Both the position numbers and the translations under genes were made by a program. The notes under the pieces are model-generated. The model had not been told where the DNA came from and made no database searches. It saw nothing but the letters and a program-made list of their open reading frames with translations. A DNA stretch of 63,369 nucleotides, the filler included, from Dicyema japonicum (taxonomy: Eukaryota > Animalia > Dicyemida), in assembly GCA_011109175.1 (NCBI GenBank). It is 8 parts of 8 records of this genome, joined end to end, with 100 filler letters (N's around TTAATTAATTAA, not from the genome) between each part and the next. Parts side by side here need not be neighbours in the genome. Positions count along the whole stretch, not along the records: positions 42,293 to 57,381 come from RDEW01000050.1; positions 57,482 to 63,369 come from RDEW01000284.1; 6 more parts are not named here. The stretch is one strand, 5' to 3'. Shown piece after piece: positions 52,075 to 63,369 of this stretch. Numbering within the stretch: the stretch's first letter is position 1; each line of letters begins with the position of its first letter.

Positions 52075-53036
52075 NNNNNNNNNNNNNNNNNNNNNNNNNN
52101 NNNNNNNNNNNNNNNNNNNNNNNNNNNNNNNNNNNNNNNNNNNNNNNNNNNNNNNNNNNNNNNNNNNNNNNNNNNNNNNNNNNNNNNNNNNNNNNNNNNN
52201 NNNNNNNNNNNNNNNNNNNNNNNNNNNNNNNNNNNNNNNNNNNNNNNNNNNNNNNNNNNNNNNNNNNNNNNNNNNNNNNNNNNNNNNNNNNNNNNNNNNN
52301 NNNNNNNNNNNNNNNNNNNNNNNNNNNNNNNNNNNNNNNNNNNNNNNNNNNNNNNNNNNNNNNNNNNNNNNNNNNNNNNNNNNNNNNNNNNNNNNNNNNN
52401 NNNNNNNNNNNNNNNNNNNNNNNNAGAAAGTCAATCTGTGTATAAATATGAAATTCCAAAGTTAAATAAACTTCGTTCATATATATTTTATTTAATAAAA
52501 TTAGAATTTGATTCCAAGTCCCCAAGGAAATCCTTTTGATAAAATAACGAGTTTTTTCCAAGTACATTTGGACGTCTTGTCGGAGAACATTGTAAATTTT
52601 GGTGTTTGTCAGGAAAAATTGTGTACGCAATTTTGTGAACAAATATAATTTTGAAATTAATTAAATTTTGATAATTTGTCATTAGACAAAGATTCTTTTC
52701 GATGCCATCGAAGATAAAAAAAAACGTTTTTATTACGTGAAGTGAGATTAAAGAGGAGAGGAAATTGAATTGAAATATAAGCAAATATTTTTTGATGTGT
52801 ATGGAGTTCAATCGAAATGACAATAAATAAGGTTAAAACCTTTGATGAATATTTATAGTCGAATTCAGACTGATATCTTGAATGATGTTAGTCAGTCTTT
52901 TGTTATTTCTCAATATATTTTCCAGTAAATTGTAAAATTTGATTAATAGAGATTGGATTAAGAAATCTTGGAGAAGGTAATATAATTTTTAATAAATAGG
53001 CGAGTTAGAAGATACCACTTCATTAATTAAAAGTAT

Positions 53037-53122
53037 AACTAGTCATTCCTATAGCTTCTACTACTCTGTCGACTACAGCAGGTTTAATGATTAGTCATTC
53101 CTATAGCTTCTACTACTACGAC
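53037..53122 (-). repeat. Inverted short copy (about 1.6 units) of the 52-bp minisatellite
   Basis: ACTAGTCATTCCTATAGCTTCTACTACT twice, the reverse complement of the 42495 unit. Confidence 0.85.
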
Positions 53123-53254
53123 TTCAAAAATAGAGTGTCTGTGATGTTATGCAAAAATATGTCTGGAAATCATAAATTAAGCTTTTATTGATTGGAAAAT
53201 CTATAATGCCAAGTGTTTTAAAAAATATGAATATCGTTGTTCTGTTTCGTATCA

Positions 53255-56200
53255 CAGTTCCAAAAGAGCGTGGATGACCACTTTTATTTTTATTAACTGG
53301 ATGATAAAATTCGATAACTTTTTAAAGCAGAGAAGTCAATTTTGCTTCTTATAGATTATTGTCCTTCTCATTGCTTGCCATCGAATTGGAAAATATTAAA
53401 ATACAGGAATAATTCAGCCAATAGATTTGGGAATTATTAAAACATTCAAAGTCCACTTTAATTGACACAAATTGTAGTATTTTACTGGATTATTGGAAGA
53501 AGAAAACATGTCAGTTAATGTGTAATATAAAAATGAGATACTCATCCACCAAGAAACGACTGATATTAATGTAACTTCTAAACACGAATGAAATAGCATC
53601 CAATTTAAGCGAAATTAAAAAAGTTCTTTTTGAGAACGTTAAAAACGAAGAAGTTTCGTTTTTATTACATGCAAATACTAGAGATATCAAAAGAATGTTA
53701 TGTTGTTCAATTAAGTCGTGTCCGACCCTTGAAGATCTCTGAACGACTGAGAATTGAATATTTTTTTCGATAAAATTTAATAGTTCACTTTTTAAAAAAT
53801 TTTTATCTTAACAAAATCAAATTTTCATCGATGAGAAGTTTCCCAATAACTATTATAAAATTATTGATTTTTTAACAAAATAATTTTTTCCCAATTAAAC
53901 AAATGTCAGTTGAGGAAGCCTGCTGCGTGGATTGAGAACGAGTTCCTTCGGAGTATGGCCATTCCAATCTTTTGTCTTAGTCAAACCCTTCTTGTTGATT
54001 CCTTTTGTTTTTGGCAAGCATTCCTCCTAGTTCTCGCAAGAACTCAACCGTCATTTGACCAACGGCTCTCGATGATTTGGTCGCAACTAGAGTAAATCGG
54101 TAGCGATCACCGAGGCAAGAATATTTCTTGATTTTTAGGTTCTCCGCATTCGAAGCAGCTGCTCCAGGTTTCTGAACCGATTTGTAAATATTCGTGCTTG
54201 TAAACGTGTCTACACAAGTTGCGTCCCAGAATAAAAATCTTCCAGACGTGGAAAGGAAAAGGGTCATCGCGTCAATTCTCTTTTTATCTTCTGGATCAAG
54301 ACTCACTGGTTCAAGCTGTACTGGGATGTCTGTAGCCTTCAGAGCTCTGACGATCACATCGTTCAGAGCAGCATGACGTGGTCCTCTTCCGGCGCTTATT
54401 CTGCAGGACTGCGGGTGCAATCCCTTCGTATCGACTGTTTTCCGCATCGGCATCGGTTTTTCTGGCAAACGTTTAGTCCCAGCCTTTGTCCGATTCCAAT
54501 CATCAAAGAATAGTCGTCCAAAAAGTTCCCGAGGTTTGGGAAGGTATTGCACCAAGCCATGCTCCACTTCCTCCACTTGAAGCTGACACTAAACAAGCAG
54601 ACAATGTTGATTTGTATCTTTTTTAAGGTCCTCCATAATTTTGGAGCAGACAATTATGGATTAAATTCTGAAATTTCCCAATTCCCAAATTTGCCGAAAA
54701 AAATGCTGGTACCAAAAATGGCAAATTTGGGTAGTTTACTGTATTTATTTTTGTATTTAACAGATAAAAATAAAATCACCTCTTAATTTTTAGGTCAACT
54801 TGTTCATATTAGATAAATTTTTTATACTTTTAGGTAACAACAGCCCAATCCTATCACAAACACGCTACACAGAAGACAAGAGCCCCGCCGTTAGACCAAC
54901 AATCCTAACCCTAACTTTTATCCGAAAATAGTTTTAATTAACCAATTTTTGTTAATCTCTACAAATAAACTTTATTCTGTACAGTTGTAAAGGAGATTAT
55001 GTATCCTATACTTTTGCTGAAATAAAGTTTAATGATGAGGATCGTAATTACCCGAAAAATTAGTCTCAGTCGTGTTATTTATTTATATCCACCTGATAGT
55101 GAACATAATGTTCTAACGCTTGATTGAATTTATTCAGAATAAATTTGTTACTCTTGGAAATAAAATTTCGACTTCTTTAACAATTTATTTTAAAGTGCTT
55201 GAATTCTATTGAGTAAGGTTGATCAGATGACGAAACCAGAAGTAAGGAAAATAAATCGTTAATCGAGTATCAACATTGCACCACTTGTTTTCTCGTCTTC
55301 CATTTAAAAATAATTTTCAAAACTCAATTTTTAGACTGGTTGTTATAGAGAAAACTAGAGGGATAAACATAAAGTCATTGTCTTTTGTCAGCAGACTTTC
55401 AAAAGGGGGTTACTTCAGAACGCATTGAAACTCAATGGTTTTTTTAAGATTACTCGATTCCTATTATGATAGGCAAATCAGTTATTACTACACTCCAGGA
55501 TAACTGTGTCAAAAAGAAAAAATTGTCTCTAGGTCATTGATCCCAATCCGAAAAGGAAGATGACGAGTCCGGTGGGGTCGAGAATCCTGTGCTGTTTTTC
55601 TCATCGGGGATGGTATCTGTGTGATTGTAGATCTTTTGAGATAATTTGATAAGACTTCTGCGTGATTGTAGATATTTAGATAGTGTCTGAAACAGAGGGC
55701 AGCTCGGTTGACTAGGTGTCTTTAAGTGTTTCTGTTTAAATTCGAATTATGTTGTAATTCGTGCTTTGTGTTTACCTTGTTGTAAATTAACGTTCCTTCC
55801 CACAAGGTTCATTGGATTGCATCCACCTTACTAAGGAGACTCCCAATTTCTCGCAGGCATCAAAAGGATCAAACTATTCTTTGCACTAGGAGATAATTTC
55901 GTTACCTGCAGACATTTTTGGGAATCGCTGAAACCGTAAGGATCAAGGAGTTAGTTAGTTTGGTTTTACCCTGGATCTAACGAATAATTTCATTTTTATT
56001 ATTAATTAAAAAAATTTCATAGGCTCGATTTTGAGTTCTTAACTTTATTGTGCTTCTTTGCTAACCGTGAGAAGACCAATGAAATTAGTCTGAAATATTT
56101 TTGATCTTGTACTTTTTTTTTAGCTGCATGGTATGAATTTTATAGTAAAAGGCATATTCTTAGTGTACTGTCTAAGTGATAATTCCTTCGACGACTTTCT

Positions 56201-56466
56201 ATAACTTCTTTTTAATAAATTCAAGGATTTCGAAAAAACTATAATCAAGACTGCACGTTTTGTGTTTATGGCAAAAAAACACGAATATTCTGAAGTATAC
56301 CTTCTATCCCTGAGTCCACTCTAATTAGGAGACAGATATGTATGATTCTACTGAAATCACGACTGACACGAGTGACTGTTTTTCGTATCGTAGTATGAAG
56401 ATATTTTGGGAGAAGACTGTTTAGGGTCCTTTTAGCTTGACAAGTTCTGTGATAAACTAGAACTCT
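53255..56466. repeat. Copy B of the ~3.1-kb duplication
   Basis: Collinear with 45226-48353; contains the more complete CRE-like element. Confidence 0.9.
53905..54660 (-). mobile_element. CRE-like retrotransposon 3' end with REL endonuclease
   Basis: SAGRGPRHAALNDVI..LEPVSL..KRIDAMT..LFWDATCVDT..AENLKIKKY. Confidence 0.85.
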
Positions 56467-57559
56467 CACCCAAGATGACAAAGATTGTTCTGCGTTAAAA
56501 AATTTTTATTGAAATTATACGTATAATTAGTTTGTATTTCAATAGTTCTTTTTGTAATTCGTTAAGGCCAAGAGATTGTGAAGTATTAAGTATAGATTTT
56601 GCAGATACTGTGTTATTAGATTTGCTAGGAAGCTGGAATACCTTAATTTTGAATCCGGGAGTCAGTTATTTTTGACATGAACATGTCAAGTGAACAAACC
56701 TTTTAGTTACAAACTGTTGAATGGCAAAAAAATTATTTAATTAAAGAAAAACTTTCCGCATATAAAAAAAGTTATAGAGTGCAATGAAAAATTGCAGAAG
56801 CATGTAGACAACTTGATATAGACCGTAGTGTCTACAGCGCTGGAAAACTGACAAAAATTTGTCAAATTTATCAAAACTAATGTTTTTTCCAGATGACATG
56901 AATTTCAATTAATAATTGCATTTATGTCAATAATTAATAGTTTTGAATGCTGTGGAATTTAATCAAAAAGCAATGAAGTTCCCATTATTTTATCATTAAA
57001 GGCTACAGTAAATTTTAGCAGAAAACAATATGAAAATGTCAATATCGCATGAGTTGAAATAGATATTGAATATGACTGTATTTCTAATAATTGGAAAAAT
57101 TATTCTATAATAATGAAAATTTTGATGTATATTCAAATCGTTTTTGTATTCATTACTTTTTTGGCATTTCGGAATGCTTCCACAATTATGAAATTTATAA
57201 TAAGATTTTAGTATTATGAACAATCCATTGGTGAAGAATACATTATGAACACTATTCTGCCGAAGAATAATTGGTATTTAGTTTTTAGTCAATTTATTCA
57301 AAAAAATCTTGGTTTTTAATTTTTATATTTTGATCCTAATATTTGTAATAATATATTGTAGCGTGGCGTTGTGTGGTCCACNNNNNNNNNNNNNNNNNNN
57401 NNNNNNNNNNNNNNNNNNNNNNNNNTTAATTAATTAANNNNNNNNNNNNNNNNNNNNNNNNNNNNNNNNNNNNNNNNNNNNAAAAAAAACAATGTTTGAG
57501 GATTAAAATAAATAATTAACTTTTAAATATCTTTTTTAAATAAAAAAAGACATTTTTGT

Positions 57560-60120
57560 GAGATTTGAATCAATATAATCAGTTCTTGCCCGAAAGGATT
57601 CTTGTTGGACTTATCCAGAATAAACAACCTAGAAAACCTAATACTTTGTGGAGATTTTACTGCAAAGCACCCTGCCTGGTTGAAATCACAAACAACTGAC
57701 TCAAGAGGACTATCCTTAATAAACCAACTCTCCTCCATGACAATCCTCAACAGCCCCACTATGCACACGAGAACTCCGTTCAAGGAAGGTGATTCATCTA
57801 CATCCCCCGACACACTTTCTGTTCATCAACTCTTGGACCCAACATTTCATGGACAGTACATTACGGATTATCATCCGATCATAATCCAATAATCATTCGA
57901 TTCAAAAAATTTCTCTATCATCCAAAAACAACTGTTTCTTTCTTCAACTACAAAAAAGCAAATTGGGACGGCTACTCAAAACATGTTGACCAGGCTCTAC
58001 TTTGCTTTGACTTGAACATATTCCGTTCTATTGATGAGGCCGTCGACCATTTGAACAAAATAATTCTTGATGCTCGTAGTAGATTCATCCCTCGTGGAAG
58101 GTTCAAATACTACAACGAAATTTTGGATCAGAATACCAAATCACTAATCAGAGAAAGAAACCGCTTGAAAAGACACGTACCTCCCCTCCCGGGACAGAAA
58201 TCCCAGACAAAGTCTCTCAATGATGAAATTTCAAGAAGGATCAGAAGGGCTGAAGCAAACAAGTGGGAAAAGCGAATCTGCTCTCTCCCATTTCAGAAAT
58301 CTGCCCAGATGGTCTGGAAAGCAATAAAAAGACTTGACCCTAAAGAAAACTTCACCTCGAAACAAAAGACAGACCAACACAGCTTATATAAACTAATGAA
58401 GTATTATACCGGTATAAGTCACAAAACCTTCAAGAAAATGGATGGACCCTCTTTGTTCTCGATGAGACCTAAAAGAATCCCGCCGATCACTTTTATTTCT
58501 CATTCAAACGTATTCGAAGGCTTGAAGATGATTAATCCCTCCCGCTCTTGTGGTCCAGATGGCATCCCTTCAATACTTCTTAAACACCTTGAACCCGATA
58601 CTATTGGGGTAATCTCCCTTATTTTCAACTATTCTTTGAACATGAATTCCATCCCTACGATTTGGAAACTTTCCCACATACGCCCAATACCAAAACCTGG
58701 CAAGGACAAAAACAATCCCGCTTCATACCGACCAATTTCTCTATTTTGTTCATTTTTTAAAAATTATTGGAAAAACATTCTTTGAACATGAATTCCATCC
58801 CTACGATTTGGAAACTTTCCCACATACGCCCAATACCAAAACCTGGCAAGGACAAAAACAATCCCGCTTCATACCGACCAATTTCTCTATTTTGTTCATT
58901 TTTTTAAAATTATTGGAAAAACTGGTACTTGATCTCATTTCCCCGTCCCTTCCCTTCAGTTCCTCTCAACATGGCTTCAGAAAGTTCTATTCAACGTCCA
59001 CCCACCTTACTTCTCTCAATCAATTTATCCTTGATGGCTTCAACTCAAGTCCTCGTCACCTCAAAACCATCGTCTGCTCTGTGGATCTGCGTAAAGCCTT
59101 TGACTCTGTCTCCAGGAAAATCTTAACCAGGAAATTATTTGGACTCTCCATTAACCCCAATCAAAAAACTCTGGCTTTCGAATTTCCTCAGCGGGAGAAG
59201 GGCCCGGGTTTGTATGAATGGGACCAAATCACTTTCGAGACTACTTCCCAATGATGTTCCGCAAGGCTCTCCTTTGTCTTCCGCCTTATTCAACCTTTTT
59301 ATGTCCGATTTGCCACGATCAGTTGATAAAGACGATCTTCTCCTCTCCTATGCTGATGACATTCTAATTGGATCCCGTGACAAGGATCTCCTAAAAGCCT
59401 CAGAAAGAGTTCAAAAACAACTACACGTGATTCAAAATTGGTTAATCTCCAACAGACTTGATATATCTCTTGAGAAGTCCTCCACATCCCTATTTACCTC
59501 AGACAAACGTCTTGGAAGAACGACCGTTGATTTATTTATCAACCAAACTAAAATACCTTTTACGAAGAAATTGAAAATCTTAGGAGTCGCCTTTGACACG
59601 CACATGACCTTCTCCCCTCATGTCGAATATATCTCCGGAACCTGCTCAAGAAAGCTTGGTTTGGTCAAATCTATTTTTGGTGCCATCAGAACCTTTTTCC
59701 CAGCATTGAAACTACTACATAAACAATTCATTGAGCCATCTATCAGCTACGCCTGTGCGTCTTAGGGAATCAACCTATCCTGGACAAACAAACAGAAAAT
59801 CAGTGATATTCAGTCCCTATCAGCTACAACTATCGGCAAGCTCGTGAGAACAGTCAGTCTCACACCCACCTCTCTGGACGACCTTATCGGACAAAATGGG
59901 AAGGGATTCGCCGCTCTGTGCCGAAAATCCAACTTCCTACAATGCTCTAATGGATTGGGTCTTACTAGAAGACTTTACATCACCCCTCTTGTATTTCTTT
60001 CAAAACCCTCCCGTCCTCAGAGAAGCTGTGTTGGATCTAGGAAGGTCACTGGAAAAAGATGCGAGACCTGATGGAGGCGGCCGGGATCACCTAATTAGTT
60101 TAATAGAATTAAATTAACTA
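57560..60120 (+). mobile_element. APE-type LINE ORF2 (endonuclease + RT), frameshifted, with 3' end
   Basis: LCGDFTAKHPAW, SPD, GPDGIP, YRPISL, QHGF, VDLRKAFDSV, VPQGSPLS, SYADD, ILGVAFD; ends GGGATCACCTAATTAG. Confidence 0.9.
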
Positions 60121-60189
60121 TTGGTGTTCTTGGATTAAATAAATATAATCAGTTGCGGAGATTTGACGTTTTGAAGGTCGTAATTCCCG

Positions 60190-60751
60190 GATTTTTGAAT
60201 TTAAGAAAATCATATACATGTGTGAGAAGTACTTTACTGCATTCCCGTTAATGCCAGAGAATGTGTATTTTACAAAGTGTTTCAACTGCCAACGCAATGG
60301 ACACACATCCTCCTTCTGTAAGAAGACAAGATGTCTCCGTTGTGCATGGGAACACGACATGACTGCTTGTAGAAAGACTCCTGAGAACACAATGAATTGC
60401 ATAAATTGTGGCTCGTCCACACATTGTGCCAGATATGGTGGATGTCCAGCTGCCAAGAAATCTGATCAGTTACGTCAAAGTCGACACCTAAAATTCCCAA
60501 TCTATCAGAGAAGATATATAGTGAAATATCGGAGATTATGTCACGGCTAAACTATTTGTGCTCGATTGCATATGTGGATTAAATAGAAACCTTGGCTTTG
60601 AAGAAACAAGGTCACCCAAATGTTTGAAGCAAGGACTAAAAATAGTGCTAGCGAATGCCCGATCCCTAGAGAAAAGGCATAATGAACTTGCACTACTTTC
60701 GAGGGCCTCCTAGATCGACATCTTGGTGGTCAATGAGACGAAATTAAAGAA
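60190..60751 (+). mobile_element. LINE ORF1 with three CCHC-type knuckles followed by the start of an APE domain
   Basis: CFNCQRNGHTSSFC, CLRCAWEHDMTAC, CINCGSSTHCARYGGC; then LKIVLANARSL...IDILVVNETKL. Confidence 0.85.
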
Positions 60752-62414
60752 NNNNNNNNNNNNNNNNNNNNNNNNNNNNNNNNNNNNNNNNNNNNNNNNN
60801 NNNNNNNNNNNNNNNNNNNNNNNNNNNNNNNNNNNNNNNNNNNNNNNNNNNNNNNNNNNNNNNNNNNNNNNNNNNNNNNNNNNNNNNNNNNNNNNNNNNN
60901 NNNNNNNNNNNNNNNNNNNNNNNNNNNNNNNNNNNNNNNNNNNNNNNNNNNNNNNNNNNNNNNNNNNNNNNNNNNNNNNNNNNNNNNNNNNNNNNNNNNN
61001 NNNNNNNNNNNNNNNNNNNNNNNNNNNNNNNNNNNNNNNNNNNNNNNNNNNNNNNNNNNNNNNNNNNNNNNNNNNNNNNNNNNNNNNNNNNNNNNNNNNN
61101 NNNNNNNNNNNNNNNNNNNNNNNNNNNNNNNNNNNNNNNNNNNNNNNNNNNNNNNNNNNNNNNNNNNNNNNNNNNTTTCTGGATTCATCAGAGGAAATGA
61201 TTTTCGACTTATGAAGTTTGAGCAAAGGTATACAAAATTATTTTACCCAATTCACTAAACAATTTGAAAAGAGTTTATCTCGTAGTGAGAGACAAATACT
61301 TGAATATAACAGACTGCTTGCAATTGCTATTTCTTTAATTATTATTAAACAAAACACCAAAATCGAGTTAAAAAGCTTGATCATGAAATTTATATATGCT
61401 CAAATTTATAGTTACCACAAATTCTTAAAAATAAAAGAATTTATTTTTTACTGTAATTTTTCTTCATAAATAAAATATGATTGAACTACTCACTTCCATT
61501 AACATTTTAAATCTACTCTTAGAAGAGTACTACATTGTCATCTGAATATTTTAAAGTATGAACAAATTCGGACTCTTTAACTACTCTTCATGACCTTTTA
61601 TCTTGAAGATATTCTCTCCATGTTAGGTCCTTGCTTCACTATGAGGGACATGTGTAAAGCGCAATTGAGAATGTTGGATGGTTGAAAGTTGTCGGTCTTC
61701 TATCAATTAGTGAGGCTGGGATATTTAACTGATTAATGGTTCTTGATGACTAAAGCTTACAGTCACTTTGATCGAATGATGAGTCACCACTCAACTTTAT
61801 AGAAAACTTTAGCATTGGTTGTCTTGAATCAAATACAAACACGTGTTTATCAGTGATTTTTTCTGATCAATGCAGATGCAGAACTGGAAGATCAACAGCT
61901 GGTCTCACATATGGGGCAATGCAATCGGTCAAAGGTTCAAGTACGGTACATCAATTTTTGTCATAGACTGAAGATATCTCATGAAGACTCGTCATCTCCA
62001 TAGTATTTCGTAGTCTACTTTGAGACGGCCCTCGTGAACTTAGAAAAAAAACAACTACTGATTTAAGTTGTACGGACTAGAAAATCTATCAGGCTCCGAA
62101 ATCGACTTTATAACTCGTTCATGAAATTTGTTCTTTCATATGAAAACTGTATGTGGGAAATATCGAACTAACATCTGAAAGCTACTTTATGTCTAATAGT
62201 AAGCAATAAGTGATCGCTCAAGTACAAACCTGACAGTACTGAACAACGACTTGAACCCGTTGAACAGCGACTAAAATTGCAAACAAGATAGAAGTCCTGA
62301 GGAATGTAGCATGCAACAGAGGAAGCTGGAAGAGCCTAGTATAACGTAACGTTTCGGGTACTGCACGTGTGGAAATATAACTTTATACGTTTCTACGTTT
62401 TAATAATTTACAAT

Positions 62415-62520
62415 ATCAGAAAATATTCACTAATGAAGGTATCACTCGTCAAACTAAAAAGCATCGTAGATGCATGAAACCTTCAGCATAGACAGCTGTA
62501 GTTTATCGGGATTTTGACAG
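62415..62520 (-). mobile_element. Partial SINE-like copy
   Basis: ATATTCACT..CTCGTCAA..AAAGCATCGTAGATGC..AACCTTCA matches the reverse complement of 23080-23170. Confidence 0.6.
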
Positions 62521-62788
62521 GAGAGTAATTGTGGTTCTTTTAGTTGCCAGATTGAAATTGGTATCCATTTTTTGCCGCATGAATATGAGTCACATCGAAA
62601 TTTATCTATCTTGATTTGTCAGACACTTCTGATACTGCGTCAAGTAGATTATCCGGATTTTGACAGGAGAGTAATTGTGGTTCTTTTAGTTGCCAGATTG
62701 AAATTGGTATCCAATTTTTGCCGCGTGAATATGAGTCACATCGAAATTTATCTATCTTGATTTGTCAGACACTTCTGATACTGCGTCA
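62510..62788. repeat. 146-bp-offset tandem duplication (2 mismatches)
   Basis: GATTTTGACAGGAGAG at ~62510 and ~62656. Confidence 0.85.
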
Positions 62789-63272
62789 TCACAGCTATAT
62801 TCCATTGCTATTTTGAAACTATCAAAATGTCAAATATAGTGATTAAGTTCCGACACCTACAACATACGGTCATCACACACTAACATTTGTAGCTTATAAT
62901 ATTAATTTGTAGCTTAAATTCCAATAGCGGCAAGATTCTGATGGTAGGAGGATGAACAATCATTATGTAACTCATTTAGTCCTTATTTGACTTTAGTCTT
63001 TTAGAACATCCAATAATGACACTGTAAATATTATGTCCTGGAATAAGATTCATGGTTTTGGAAAAATTGTTCAGGCTTCTAACTTTAAATGATAGAATGG
63101 TAAAATCCTCTAATATTCTCATGTGATTAAGATTGGGACTTCGTGCAATTGAGTCGTGTCACTAATAATAGTAATAACAGCCTTTTTCACGAAGCCGTGG
63201 TATTAGCTCCGCATAGGCAGGACACACACTTTATTTAAGTAAAGAACAGTTAATTTTAACTAATCGTAGAAC

Positions 63273-63369
63273 CAAGGAATGATCTTCATTTCTATTTTCT
63301 TGTGTGTGGGTCCTTTTTTGACAATCCAGTTCCGCAGTGAGAGTCCACTGATGACGGCGTCATCGTCAA
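63273..63369 (-). mobile_element. SINE-like copy running off the window end
   Basis: Reverse complement TTGACGATGACGCCGTCATCAGTG..GCGGAACT..CACACACAAG..TAGAAATGAAGATCATTCC matches the 23040 and 42325 copies. Confidence 0.7.

Overview
AT-rich eukaryotic DNA, not prokaryotic. The window is 8 scaffolds joined by artificial 100-bp linkers (44 N + TTAATTAATTAA + 44 N), so adjacency across linkers means nothing biologically. Four conserved genes can be rebuilt by hand: a PIAS/Siz SUMO E3 ligase (-) head-to-head with a cytosolic-type acetyl-CoA acetyltransferase (+), MEX-3 (-) and TIMELESS (-). MEX-3 indicates an animal. Nearly all introns found are 21-33 nt, including one GC-AG intron, which is why the ORF track looks shattered. 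That size range matches what is reported for dicyemid mesozoans; this assignment is inference. Also present: a candidate orphan type-I membrane protein, a structurally intact 28S rRNA fragment with U at the C2452-equivalent of the peptidyl-transferase centre, three tandem arrays (653 bp, ~84/58 bp, ~52 bp), a tRNA-headed SINE-like family, a ~3.1 kb duplication and many transposon relics (APE-type LINEs, RTE, CRE-like, other REL-endonuclease elements, Tc1, hAT, pogo, Helitron). Several oddities (homopolymer frameshifts, 100-200 bp tandem duplications) are probably sequencing or assembly artefacts. All homology calls come from motif recognition and recall; no search was run.
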